This document shows, piece by piece, positions 1-11,537 of a stretch of DNA of 64,000 nucleotides. The position numbers and the translations under genes are program-made. The stretch is from positions 62,001 through 126,000 of the forward strand of contig CBFFRP010000219.1 in NCBI GenBank assembly GCA_965644295.1, written 5' to 3'. Positions within the stretch are counted from its first letter, which is position 1; each line of letters begins with the position of its first letter. Below the pieces are notes generated by a model. It searched no databases and was not told the origin of the DNA. It was given only the letters and a program-made list of their open reading frames with translations. The stretch is from Paraphysomonas bandaiensis. Its lineage: Eukaryota > Protista > Chrysophyceae.

Positions 1-1
1 T

Positions 2-1554
2 ACCGGCAGCGGGACTTTCGTTGGACATGGGTTTCAGATTGGCGAATTTGGTGTTAAAAGTATACCAGAGCACCTCATCAGTGAGGCGCCATCGGGCCTA
101 AAGCACGCGAAGAATGAAACTGTTATTCTTTCTACAATTGGACGGGGATCAAGCGGATATGTTTCGCTTGGACTTCACGTTCCTACTCTCACTACTGTGG
201 CAATAAAGCATTTTAATGTTGGAATGGCAGATAGAAGACAGGACATGATACGAGAGTTGAATGCTTTGTATACTATCAATAAAAATAACCGATTATCCGC
301 TAAAAATGTTTGCCATTTCAAACCAGTATTATCGCAATATATTGTTCAATTGTACGACGCTTACACTGACTCCGAGCACAGAGGTGCGTCCTTGGTAGAT
401 CCTATGTGAGTTATAGTATATATTTCCGTAGCAGTATGCATGCTTCTTGAGTATATGGCCTGCGGAAGCCTTCAAAAATGGATAGATCAGGAAGGAATGA
501 TGAACGAGACGGACTGTGCGGTTGTCGCTCATTCCGTGGTCCAAGCACTTTGCGTTATACACAGCAGAGGAATAATTCACAGGGATATCAAGGTATATAA
601 TACATTGCCTTACACGCCAATTTTTGTGTATTACTGTGTGGAATTAGCCTGCAAATATACTGTGTTCAGGAAATGGCACTGTCAAGTTAGGAGATTTCGG
701 AATTGCTGCACTGACGCAATATGTCGGTTCTTCGAATACGACGATAAACAGTCAAACTTATGGTGGTTTGTTGTGTTTAAACAAATTTTGTACTGAACAC
801 CTGATAGGAACCTTGTGTTTTATGAGCCCGGAGTGTTTAGCTGGATTACCACCCTCTCCACAGGTCTGAAGACATAGTGGTGATATTGAAGTTTAATTTT
901 CTCTCTTAACAGTGCGATATATGGGCCCTAGGTATCACTTTAATAACACTTTTGTTAGGGCGTCCACCCTATCAATCCTGTAATAGCTACTGGAGCCTAG
1001 TTGATTCCATCGGTTCTGGAATAGGAGATATAGCTAGTATACTTCCACGGTATCTTATTCTGCCACTTTGCGCAGTATTTAATCCGGTATACAGATGTTC
1101 AGAGGATTGCTGCGATTTCATACGTCTTTGTTTGGAGAATGACCCCAAAGAACGCCCTTCGGCTTCGCAGCTTCTAATACATCCATTCTTGGCGATATCC
1201 CCTCTTGTTATCCATATACCTTCTGCACTTTCTTCACTCTCTCAAGATGAATTTAATTTGCAGAATTTATCAAACAATATTAATGACTGGTGGAGTGGAT
1301 TAAGTGCAGAAGACTACGCGGATGTGTTGTGCAGATACAGTGAATTTGTATGCCACACCACAGATCATATGGAAGAAAAGTCAAACCTACAACGTCATAC
1401 GTTTTGGAATTCTCGGAACAGGTGCACTTCAGATGATTTACATACGGATTTATCGCATCCTGTTAGAAAGGTTCAGTACTCTGAAGTATGCGTCGCTTCG
1501 CTTGCAGAGGAACTGCGTGTAGATATCAATTCATTGAAGTGGTTTATGAACTGA
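2..1554 (+). CDS. STE-group Ser/Thr protein kinase (MAP2K/MKK-like), spliced, 5' end outside the window
   Basis: Frame 2 is open from the window start and contains IGRGSSGYV and VAIK. Later exons joined by GT-AG introns give HRDIK|PANIL, VKLGDFGIA, G|TLCFMSPE, DIWALG and DPKERPSASQLLIHPF. Confidence 0.85.
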
Positions 1555-2315
1555 CATACCTGTATGTAGTATGTGGTATGTTGACTAGATATATATGCTA
1601 CTTTACGATAACTTTAATTACTCTTCGATTTTGCACCTAAAACTCTGTGGTAACAAGAAGCCCATATTTCCTAAATAGTTTCTTCTTTTGCAGCCATGTA
1701 TACGGTTACGCATACTAACATATACTCATACTCTATACATATTTTGCTTTAATCTATATAGTTTATACATATATCATATCCGATATCCAACTAAACCTTT
1801 CTGACTTGACCACTCCCTCGGACGCACACAGGGAATTGAGTAAGTTTCTACACCACAACTACATCGCACAGACAGAGTGTTGTTGTGAGGCCCTTAAGAA
1901 TAAATTTATCCACAAAGAATATAAAATAGTCGTCAAAAAAGAGAAAACGCATAAATAAAAATTGACAATGTAGATCAATTATTTTAGACGAAGACGATGC
2001 AGCTGGGCAAAAAGTCCACGGTGCATGAAATACCTGCACCAGTATATTGTTGGTGTAAAACTACAACACGCCATAGCAACAACGATGGAAGAGTTGATTC
2101 CACAGCCATCATACTGAAAGAATGTATCACGTTCGATTGTATAGTGGCATAAGCTGAACAAAAGTAAACGCGCCCGATAGAATGGTCAGAGATATCAACA
2201 TTCTACCGTAATACTTACACAATAAAAAACATAGATATATGCGCCCAAACTAGGTAACACTATAATTAAGGCAGCATTAATATTTTATTCCCTCGAATGA
2301 ACATAATAGTTGTAG

Positions 2316-2879
2316 CTATGACTCCGCAGTTTCTTTCATTGCCGTTCCAGGCTCAGAAACACTATTTCCTTGGTGGTTGTGTATATGTTCAACCTTTACA
2401 CTTTGTAAAGTCTGAATATGAGGTGATGGCAAAAGCTCCAAAGTGCGAGAGGTAATGCACTTCCCAGTGTTGTAGTTCGAAGAAATCTCGGGCAACAAAT
2501 GAAGACGCTTTAGTTTTTTGTTGCTTGCGGATTCGTATGATACCTTGAGAGCATCTATAGATGGTAACTTCGAAGGAAGTTCGTGAAATTCAACTCCATC
2601 ATATGCACAAGACGCCAAATACTGCTGACAATCATGCTCACTCATTATATGATGTCGAGAACGTTTGGAGTTCAGATTATCAGAAGGGTCCAACCCCCCG
2701 ATTTCAGCAAGTGACACAGCCTCCCTCACGATGCTCTCATGCAACGGACTTGACAGGGTGTTCCGAGAAGAGTTTCTATCGCATTTCAGTGAAAGAAGAG
2801 ACGACACAATCTCAGAGAGATGTGAGAGTTTAATTCCAGCGGGAATCTTATTGCCATCATCCTCACTCAGAGCGCTCAT
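2316..2879 (-). CDS. Hypothetical protein (187-aa ORF; probably part of a spliced gene with further exons near 1980-2290 and up to ~3032)
   Basis: Long ORF with protein-like composition, lying head-to-head with PIG-Q. No recognisable domain and the exon structure is unresolved. Confidence 0.4.
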   Translation of the reverse strand: MSALSEDDGNKIPAGIKLSHLSEIVSSLLSLKCDRNSSRNTLSSPLHESIVREAVSLAEIGGLDPSDNLNSKRSRHHIMSEHDCQQYLASCAYDGVEFHELPSKLPSIDALKVSYESASNKKLKRLHLLPEISSNYNTGKCITSRTLELLPSPHIQTLQSVKVEHIHNHQGNSVSEPGTAMKETAES

Positions 2880-3448
2880 TATATACAGACAGATGAACCT
2901 AACCGATCGATTAATGTATCATCCCAGTCCTCCAACAAGTAGGCTTTATTCGAAGTAATTCTAAGCCCTGGTATCTGCTGCAGCTTCGTCCTGCCAACAC
3001 TTCTTCTCGAACAAAGAAGAATTAGAACCCATCGCACTGTACGTGCGTACATGTGTGTAGATGTGTATGCAGGAGCAACTAGGGATTCGTAATCCCTTTC
3101 CTGACGTAATTTCTGTTTATACTGCTAATACGGGACAAGTATACAGAGTTACGGTATGGCTCTCCCGGTCTATAGCCGTGTATTTGTAGCCGGTACATTT
3201 GTAGCCACTTCATTCTTCTGGCAAACTGCTGTACACATACATATACATACATATACAGCAGCAGTACAGCAGTACATACATAGCTCTATATGACCATTCG
3301 AGACATACATATACACAGAGATGCTGATTAGGTTCACGTATATATCATGCCAGTACATACACGGTCTAGTAGAGGTGATAGTGAATGGAGGGATCGTGAC
3401 AGTGACATGACAAGTGTCTCTCACCGCATTTACTCCCTCTAATATCAT

Positions 3449-6400
3449 ATGAATCGAGGTCATTTCATCAGTCAGATATACTGGCCGGACACTCTGGTGC
3501 AGACGAGACAGAGAGGCTTTCTCGTCGGATGGAATCTAGAAAACTTTCAGTGTTGTATCACAAATGTGATCTCTGTGCCGGAATGTAAATATGAAGATCT
3601 CAAACGAGCGCTTCAGTCGATCGACTCTCAGAGTTTGTTTTGGTCGTGTTCAAAGGACGGATCCGCTCCTATTATTCTCGGTGAGTGGATCCCTGATGCC
3701 CGATCGGAACATATTCCATGTGAAGAGTATCAGCATGCAAGTATATGGCTCACTCTCGCACTCTCTTCTTCGCGCAAGTTCAGTTCCAGGAAACCATACT
3801 TGCAGTCGTTGTATAGCTGTGGTTGCCACCACCGCACCTCTTGTCACATGATTCGTTATTCACCTGTCAGGGCTGATGAGCTTTATAGCCTTAGCGCAGA
3901 CTCTCAGCCAAGCTGTAGCGAATCCCTTGGCCTTCACCTGGATACTGATTTCTCATTAGCCGTCTGCCAAATGAACAATGCAGTGAATGTGGAAGCCACG
4001 GTAATGCGAAGTGAGGGCATGGCCCCTCCTATTCCAATAGAAGAAAGGGAAGAGGCAGGAACATCACCCACTCCATTATTAGTTCTAACTGGTATTGCGT
4101 GGGTATGGATGGTTCTTGTGGGGCATGTTAAAGCTGTTATGGAACGTCCCCTCCCTGTCTCTTCGTTTATTTCGTCTTTTTTTCTTTCGCTTGCTCCATT
4201 GCTCTATTCGTCCCCCCTTGCTTCTATGTGGGTCCGTACGTCGTCTCTACGAGACATGTCTATCACTGCTGCATATTTATGTGAGAAAGCAGACCTTTTG
4301 TCTCGATGCTTGTCCTCGTGTCGTCATGTTACCGGCACTCGTCACTCCTGTGCAACGTCAACTCGACAGGAGCACTGGGTAGATCTCTGTTCCCGCGTGT
4401 GGTTTATCTCCATTGATCTCTGCCTTGGATTGGCTGCAGCTATTCTGCTCTGGTACTATCGACTTTCGCTCCTTTCATTTGTCCATAACGTGGGGGGGTG
4501 GACCCAACGCGAGACCATTTTATGGCCACTGGAAATGCTGAATCACAACCCGTATGGGATGAAGTTCAACCCAATGCTCACGGATCGAATGAGCTCAGTA
4601 TTGGCTGGGGCGGTGAAAGCCATCTCAAACTTTTACTCCATCATACAGGAGCCATTTGAATACTCTGCTATACTACTCCTTTGTTGTGTTGGAAGTCTTG
4701 GCATTAGTGTCCAGCTGGTTCTGGCAGTTGATTTGATACGTCTGTTGACAATGCATATAGCTCTCGTTCATCGCGTGTTGTCTCTTCTGCATCATTTTCA
4801 AGTAACCACCCTGTTGTCTCTTCTCCACCTCTTTCAGGGTAAGAAAAAGAATGTATTGCGAAATCGAGTTGATACTTTGGATTGTAACCATCACCAACTA
4901 TTCTGTGGGATTGTGTTGTTTTCAGTCATTTTTTTTCTGTTCCCAACTTTGGCTGCTTACTATTACCTATTCACGGTGCTACAGTTAGGCGTAGTGGTGT
5001 GCCAGGCATTTCTGTGGTCACTTACAATTTCACTAAAGGAGTTCGCGTGGTATGAAGTATATAAAGCTATTACTGATCCTGTGTTTCTGTCCCGTGGGTT
5101 ATATTTAAATGTAAGTCCTGCTCGAGGCGGAAAAGATAAAAGACGATCGTACGAGAAGGGCAGTGTAGCCAAGAATCGGCGTAGAAAGTTGACAAATGCG
5201 CACGTTGCTGCTACTCTCAGCGGCCGCTCCAGCGGCTCGTCTCGTGATAGCGTAGGTCATATACATGTCTCCAGTAGTTCCGTGGATTCCTCACCATCCC
5301 TTCTTTCTCGTCCAGTGTCCCCGTCCAGAGTTCGATTCTCTGATAACGTGATGCGGGTGCCCGCTCCCCAAATTCAAGACTCCGACAGCGGGGCTGAGGC
5401 AGAAGGGATGAGTTCATTACACCCTGTGGTGGGGGTAGGATTCCATACCGTGTGGACAGAAGGCTGGGGAGGATTATTGGATGAAAATAGTTCAACGAAA
5501 CCTACCTCTGTGGTGACTGAGATTGACCAAACAGAGGAGTTAGCAAGCCCAGCTCGGTCCAGTGCATCATCCCTTTTTCTACATGGTGACGGTGATGATG
5601 ACCCAAGAAACACTTTAGAGGATTTGGTCATACCGCCCCACAGTTCTTCGGAAAGTGCAGTAAAGGAAGATGATTATTTGAATTCTCCAGTGACTGTTGC
5701 AAGCTATCAAGCGAGGAAGATGAAATTTGCATTTCCACCTGCGGTATCCTCCCAGCGTCGTAGTCGAGAAAGGTTGGCAATAGAAAGAATACAGGGACGT
5801 CGTAGTGATCCTATTGAGCACTCACATCACAGGCGACAACGCAAAGAGGAAAAGTCACATAATTCTCGAGGTCGTTCCATGTCAACAGCTGATACGTCTG
5901 TATCATCTTCACCCTCGCCACCTCCACGTAGGGGGTATGCGGAATCGTCAACCACTCATTTCTCTCTCCACCCCAGGCCAGTATCAGTGATATCGCTTGC
6001 TTTGCGGCCTTTTCTACCCTATATGAAGTACTGGATGCGCCGCGGACCAGCGATGCAAGTTATACGAGGCGTGATATACGGTCATCCAGCCCTAGATTTA
6101 CAAATCATACGGGCTTCTCTGGAGATATCATCTGTGAGTGGAACCGATAACGAGGTGCACCTTCTTCGAGGGGAAATCCTTTCCCCTTTAGGGGGGAGTT
6201 TTGCAGATACGGGATATACTGCAGATGCAGGACATACAGCTGTTGTGGGGCATGGGTTGTCGTCAAGTGACAGTGCTGGAGAGTTGAGGGCGGTATCTTC
6301 GAGGAATCGACCTACGCCGGAAGACACACCGCTTCGCTCATACCACTCTGCTCAGAACCGTCAACGCATTGCCTGTGCTCATCTAGGAACGGATTGGGAG

Positions 6401-6736
6401 GCTGATGTATCGCGGTGCCAGCGATTTGACCTCAGGAATGGCGGAATCGTATGGAATGTCCTAATGGATATTCACTCTGATGTTTATTGCAACAAGAAGT
6501 CCACGGGTCACGGCAAGATGGTTGTGGAGGAAATGCTACTCGTGATTATAATGGTTACACTTTCGATCTGTTCGTTTTTCTTTCTATGTGCTATATCAGT
6601 ACTGATTTTTGTATGTGCTAGATATATTTCTGAAAATTCTTCTGGGTTGCTTTCTCTGTCGTTGATTACTCAAGTGGAAACTAGAGATGCCACGTCAAAA
6701 CTCACTGCCCTCCTTGCCCAAATAAGTAGACGTTAG
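3449..6736 (+). CDS. PIGQ: GPI-GlcNAc transferase subunit Q (PIG-Q/Gpi1) with a long low-complexity insertion
   Basis: Gpi1 motifs PYGMKFNPML and LFQGKKKNVLRNRVDT...QLFCGIVLFSVIFFLFPT, several TM segments, intronless 1095-aa ORF. Confidence 0.9.
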   Translation: MNRGHFISQIYWPDTLVQTRQRGFLVGWNLENFQCCITNVISVPECKYEDLKRALQSIDSQSLFWSCSKDGSAPIILGEWIPDARSEHIPCEEYQHASIWLTLALSSSRKFSSRKPYLQSLYSCGCHHRTSCHMIRYSPVRADELYSLSADSQPSCSESLGLHLDTDFSLAVCQMNNAVNVEATVMRSEGMAPPIPIEEREEAGTSPTPLLVLTGIAWVWMVLVGHVKAVMERPLPVSSFISSFFLSLAPLLYSSPLASMWVRTSSLRDMSITAAYLCEKADLLSRCLSSCRHVTGTRHSCATSTRQEHWVDLCSRVWFISIDLCLGLAAAILLWYYRLSLLSFVHNVGGWTQRETILWPLEMLNHNPYGMKFNPMLTDRMSSVLAGAVKAISNFYSIIQEPFEYSAILLLCCVGSLGISVQLVLAVDLIRLLTMHIALVHRVLSLLHHFQVTTLLSLLHLFQGKKKNVLRNRVDTLDCNHHQLFCGIVLFSVIFFLFPTLAAYYYLFTVLQLGVVVCQAFLWSLTISLKEFAWYEVYKAITDPVFLSRGLYLNVSPARGGKDKRRSYEKGSVAKNRRRKLTNAHVAATLSGRSSGSSRDSVGHIHVSSSSVDSSPSLLSRPVSPSRVRFSDNVMRVPAPQIQDSDSGAEAEGMSSLHPVVGVGFHTVWTEGWGGLLDENSSTKPTSVVTEIDQTEELASPARSSASSLFLHGDGDDDPRNTLEDLVIPPHSSSESAVKEDDYLNSPVTVASYQARKMKFAFPPAVSSQRRSRERLAIERIQGRRSDPIEHSHHRRQRKEEKSHNSRGRSMSTADTSVSSSPSPPPRRGYAESSTTHFSLHPRPVSVISLALRPFLPYMKYWMRRGPAMQVIRGVIYGHPALDLQIIRASLEISSVSGTDNEVHLLRGEILSPLGGSFADTGYTADAGHTAVVGHGLSSSDSAGELRAVSSRNRPTPEDTPLRSYHSAQNRQRIACAHLGTDWEADVSRCQRFDLRNGGIVWNVLMDIHSDVYCNKKSTGHGKMVVEEMLLVIIMVTLSICSFFFLCAISVLIFVCARYISENSSGLLSLSLITQVETRDATSKLTALLAQISRR

Positions 6737-7490
6737 ATGGTAGTATTGTGTATTGCATTTCTTTCATTGGGCTGTTAATATTTTAGTCTTTTAGTTTTAT
6801 AGATAATATGTTTCGAAAGACTGTTCCCAATTTAAGCGTCGTGAACATTAGTAAACGCCATAATTCTTTAAATTGACGTGAATGTTAAGTCGTTAAATAT
6901 CTTGTACTCATTACTCATTCAAGTTAGGTCGCAGTTGCTTAAAATAAAGTTTACTGTGTGGCAATGGGATTAAATTTCTTTGAGAAAATATATATGATAA
7001 TAACGAAGAAGTTGTAGTATAGAGTACAGAGACTTGGCAATGCCCGGAGTGCCCTGTAGAGGAAAGCATGTTCTGAAGAGAAAGAAGGTGGAGCAATTGT
7101 CGCAGCATGATTCCCAACGATGTGGTGGTGCTATGGATAAATATGTTGAGCGCAAAGAAACACCTCAAGCATGGAAAGCGTATCACTATGGTTGTAGTGG
7201 GTGATGATGGATACCCTTCCTTTTTCTGACACGAAAGAGCACCAGGTTAAGTAATATATAGATTTCAGCATTGATGAATTATATGGAAGCTGGAAGCCTC
7301 GCACTTAAAGATCAAATGCAAAATAAAGCAATGCTTCCAATGCATTTCGGTTTGATTGTTGATGTATGGATGGATGTTTAGCTTGAAACGTTGATGTATG
7401 ATGACAGTGAGAGTCTAGTTCAGAATGACGACGCAGTGCAACTTTTGATTGATGGTAGCACGTCTTAACCACCAAACTCGTTGCCGCAGC

Positions 7491-7665
7491 ATGAAGCACT
7501 TGCATGCTACAACCAATAAGGTTGAAAGGTTGTTCAGTGAAGCTAAATTGTTATAACGCTATAACGGATTCGCATTTAGAAATACTAAAGTTTTTACGCA
7601 TGAGCCGTCGCCGATGGAATGAGATGACAGTGGAAATAGCTATATTGGCAGCTAATGTAGTGTAG
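7491..7665 (+). mobile_element. Decayed hAT-superfamily transposase C-terminal (dimerisation) fragment
   Basis: Translates as MKHLHATTNKVERLFSEAKLL* then, after a frameshift, ITDSHLEILKFLRMSRRRWNEMTVEIA. This matches the hAT C-terminal pattern ATSxxVERLFSxAK...LExLxFLRxN..W. Confidence 0.65.
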
Positions 7666-8208
7666 TACTAATAATTGCAATTAATTGATAAGAACATCTG
7701 CAAAATTTAGTAGTTAAAAAAGGACACCGTCGGAAAGCTGTATTTACAATAGCTACTATATAACTATAGTCATCATTTGCTATTCACTTGTTGGTTGTTG
7801 GCTTCACCTGTTGCACAATATTAGCTCATTCTATCGCAATATATGTCCTATCATACAGCAGTTGCTGAAAGCAGAATAAAGACGATCAACACGTCGATGC
7901 TGGTACAAATGTATGAAAATGTCGATACACCCATATATGTTATATGTATACACTTCCGACTTGCTTGCGGTTGTGTTTATATTTTATTTTCTAGTATTGA
8001 ATTACTAATATAAGAAACCCTTTTGAGTACACTTCGAGTACATCCTACTATTGTACATTCGCAGTGGAAATAATGTCAACTTTGCTATCAACAGCTCCAC
8101 GGCAGCTAAACAATCATGAAGCTTGACTTGGGAACAACTACAATTTACAAATCAGACCCATGAACGAATATTACCATTTAAAATATTGTATATATTGGAT
8201 ATCTAATT

Positions 8209-10350
8209 CTAGTCCTCCCGTTGCCGTTTTCTCTTACGATCCACAGATTTTCCGGGAGAAGGTGCGGAAATCCCACTAGCAGATCGTTCCACCGCAAACT
8301 TCTCCTCTTCTTTCCGTTTAACACATATCAAAATCGCTTCAACAATGGCTTTGGAATTTCTATCAATACCACGAGTGAGTTCATCCAAGTTTCGCTTTCC
8401 ACTTCTTAACTGCTCCACCGCTCTCAACAGTTTCCACCCACTGTCTTCAAACATTGGTAATGCACCCTCGGTAACTACCCGCCATCGGGACTCCGTGGAC
8501 GTGTACACTACGAGACCTGAAATCTCGTCCACCAGGGTCGAGTGGCGTGAGAGAAACGAATTGATACGGGAACTAGAACATAATGGTGGAGAAAATGTAT
8601 TCGTAGGACCGAGGTGAAGTTTGAACCCCAGGGACGCCTCTGCCTCAGAATTAGGAAGCCCTACGAGTTGTCGATGAATGTGACGTAAGAGGGCTCGCGT
8701 GTTGACATCCAGACCAAATATCGGATAAGACTTCTCTCCTGTAAGCATACAACGAAGCATACTGATAACGTGAGCTCTAATCGACCAGCCCGCGTCTTCT
8801 TGCTCTTTCATCTCCCTGCAACTTTCCAAAACATCGATAGCAGTAGTGGCAGCTGAGATGTCCTCTGCATTAACTACTGTTTGTACGACTTGACTATAGA
8901 CTGTTTGAATTTTCTTCACGAGAGCCAAGAGTTCGGCGGAGGTCTCCACCTTCCTTAAAACTTTACGCTCGACCCCACATGCACAGTCTTTAATGTCGGT
9001 GTTCGAGGCATCGCATCCAGGACAAATCCAAGGACCAATCAAGGACGAGAGCACAGCGTATTTCCCATCAGATCCGGAAGAAAGAACGCTCTTATAAACT
9101 GGCAACTCTTTACCTTCCTGCACCAAAACTCGTTCAAGCATAAGCTCAACAAGAGCTGCAGAGCCGACATCTATACCAAGGGAAGCGGTGAGTGTCACAA
9201 GGTCCCTTTCCCCTCTTCCAATCATGGCATATGCATCCTCCAGGTTCCATTTCCCTCTACTGAGCTGAGGGATCAAAACTTCGCCCACGGAGTTCCACAG
9301 GTAAGTCGATGGTGGCGATGAAACCACACGACCAGCTGCAAGCATTCCAATTTCATCAAATACCTCAAAGTTTCTGTCAATAAATTTAACAACATGCTCT
9401 AACACAGGAAACATGCGTCCTTCATCGCGTCGCAACCGCTTGGCACTGGATGATTCTTCCTCTTCCCGTGAATCAATGCTACTGGAGGTTTTCCTGGTAT
9501 GAAAGTGAAAACTAGATAATCCAAGGGAATTGAGCTTGATATGAATCGAACGCAATACAGCACGAGAGTTAGGGCAGAGGATCACAATTGGAAATTGAGG
9601 CTCCCCTGCAAGTAGTGCCCGCATGAAGGCTATCGTATGGTCCTTAACAACCCAGTGCTGGGATTCTAGAGTAGTAAGGGAATCGCACGATGCCAGTTCT
9701 TCTATCAAGTTCTGGATTGCTGTCTGCTCTACCTCTTTCTCTGTTTCGTTTAGATTCGAGGCACTGTGAAGAGCAACTACACGGCGGTAAATATCTGCAC
9801 AGCGGGTGGTCACATCCTCAAGGTAAGGCGAACGCTCAACAAGAAGTACGACTGCCCGAGTAACCCTACACGTACAACGCGCATTACGGGCGCGTAACAA
9901 GTCACCAGGATTCGCATGGTCGCAGCCTGGACACACCCATGGGAGAGACATGTCCAGGACAGATCGCTTTTCCTCCGCCTCAAGCTGATACCGACAGAGC
10001 GGACACTCATTGCTCTGCTTTAACCAAGAAATAATCCCATTACATTCTCCTGCCTTCTCTCTTAGGTGGAAGTAATGCTCACATGGAAGATGAGTCACTT
10101 CATCGCCTGTAATAAAGTTTTCTAAGCATATAGTACACGAGTTCTTGTCCTCATTGAGCAGCAGAGAGGGACCCGCTGACAGCACAGGCAGAGAGGCGAT
10201 CACACTCTCTTTCGTACGGGGTCTTTTATGAGATCCTTCTGTCTGACTGATAAGCTGCATGATGAGGCCGTCCATTATATCGATAGGGTCCCCTTCAGAT
10301 GCCTCTGGGAGGGACTCAAACAACAAGGCCACTATACGAGATCGGTCCAT
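8209..10350 (-). CDS. RING-H2 E3-ligase-like protein with two tandem [Zn-ribbon + two helical modules] units
   Basis: RING motif CTIC...LPCEHYFH...C..IISWL....CPLCR. Repeated PWVCPGC..CTC / PWICPGC..CAC. First ATG at 10350 (the ORF track starts at an upstream TTG). Basic NLS-like KRKRQR at the C-terminus. Confidence 0.8.
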   Translation of the reverse strand: MDRSRIVALLFESLPEASEGDPIDIMDGLIMQLISQTEGSHKRPRTKESVIASLPVLSAGPSLLLNEDKNSCTICLENFITGDEVTHLPCEHYFHLREKAGECNGIISWLKQSNECPLCRYQLEAEEKRSVLDMSLPWVCPGCDHANPGDLLRARNARCTCRVTRAVVLLVERSPYLEDVTTRCADIYRRVVALHSASNLNETEKEVEQTAIQNLIEELASCDSLTTLESQHWVVKDHTIAFMRALLAGEPQFPIVILCPNSRAVLRSIHIKLNSLGLSSFHFHTRKTSSSIDSREEEESSSAKRLRRDEGRMFPVLEHVVKFIDRNFEVFDEIGMLAAGRVVSSPPSTYLWNSVGEVLIPQLSRGKWNLEDAYAMIGRGERDLVTLTASLGIDVGSAALVELMLERVLVQEGKELPVYKSVLSSGSDGKYAVLSSLIGPWICPGCDASNTDIKDCACGVERKVLRKVETSAELLALVKKIQTVYSQVVQTVVNAEDISAATTAIDVLESCREMKEQEDAGWSIRAHVISMLRCMLTGEKSYPIFGLDVNTRALLRHIHRQLVGLPNSEAEASLGFKLHLGPTNTFSPPLCSSSRINSFLSRHSTLVDEISGLVVYTSTESRWRVVTEGALPMFEDSGWKLLRAVEQLRSGKRNLDELTRGIDRNSKAIVEAILICVKRKEEEKFAVERSASGISAPSPGKSVDRKRKRQRED

Positions 10351-10898
10351 ATCGATCACTGGAAGACTATTAATGGTAAGTAACAAGAGAGTGTCGACAG
10401 GTCAAGTGTCGTGTTATTATGGTGGTACAGCGGGTCGACTTCAGTCTAGCCGACTCTCCCATATGGTAGAGTATAGTGTGTAATACAGCAGTGGATGTCT
10501 GACTGAAAAAATATCGTCACAAGGATAATGTGCGGAAACAGCCTGAGGAAACAACCCGTGCAGAACACGTTCTTCAAGGGAAACAAGGATCTAGATCACA
10601 TGGAATCCCGTATCGGTTTTTGTCTATGAATATTCTCGTATGGAGTTCAACTTCTTTCTGGTATTCTTTCAGTATTTCAATGTATATACAGAGTACAGTG
10701 AACTATCAAGCATATCAGCTCAGCTCTGCTGCTGCTCTGCTACATATCCGAAGCGAATATCCATACTGCACAATGTGCTTGTGGCTCGTCATTCAGTGGG
10801 TGTTGCAATGAAATGAAGACTTTACTTAATTGATGCAGCCTTCTGTGCCAGCATGCCGCATGGATGGTTGATGGTTACTTTCAAGTCCTCCAAAAGTA

Positions 10899-11537
10899 TC
10901 ATGCCGCTTTTTCAAAAAGGAACCGCGAATGGTTTTTTGGATCGATAGGACACGATTGTGATGAAGTGTCGAGGTTCTTTAATTCAGTCAGCACGTCATC
11001 TTAACGTTTTGGTGACCGAGTAAGATATATGGCGACCGGAGTTCGTGTTTCTCTGCACGAATTGTATTCGACGTGTGGCACACCCAGTGAACAATTAAAA
11101 GCGATTCGAAATCACCGGCCTTAGGGCGTCCTCTAAACAAGTCGTGGTACATACCATACGCATAAGTTCTGCAGTAAAGCGAGTTAAATACATCACGGTA
11201 AGCATATGTAATTTTCGTATCAGAATCAGATAACGCGCCTCGCCATGGCCGATAGATGTAGCCTCATTGATGTGCATGCGCTTTTGAAAACTGAATGTAT
11301 TCCACTGCTACATGTGGAATTGGCGGCTTTTTTACATACATTTCTTGCTTTTCGCTCATAGTGTCGAAGTGTTCTCAAACTTTTCCGCAACATGTTCCTT
11401 GTTTGCTTTTGTGTCTTGATCGGCGGACCTCCAATCCAACACAAATGCGGAAAACCCTACAGTGCCAATTACAATTAGAAACATATCGATCCAAAGCACA
11501 AACTTGCCGTTGCAAAATAACTCCCAACATTTGCCAT
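10899..11537 (-). CDS. Possible small multi-exon hypothetical gene
   Basis: ATG at 11537, then short open segments separated by ~50-nt stretches ending in YAG (the first with a GC donor). No domain recognised and the exon phases are not fully resolved. Confidence 0.25.

Noticed and set aside
3170-3463. ORFs made of TATG/GTAC low-complexity sequence (also 37591-37947, 59585-59776, 63388-63648) and many antisense ORFs inside genes
   Set aside because: These are artefacts of stop-poor simple repeats, or shadow frames of real genes.
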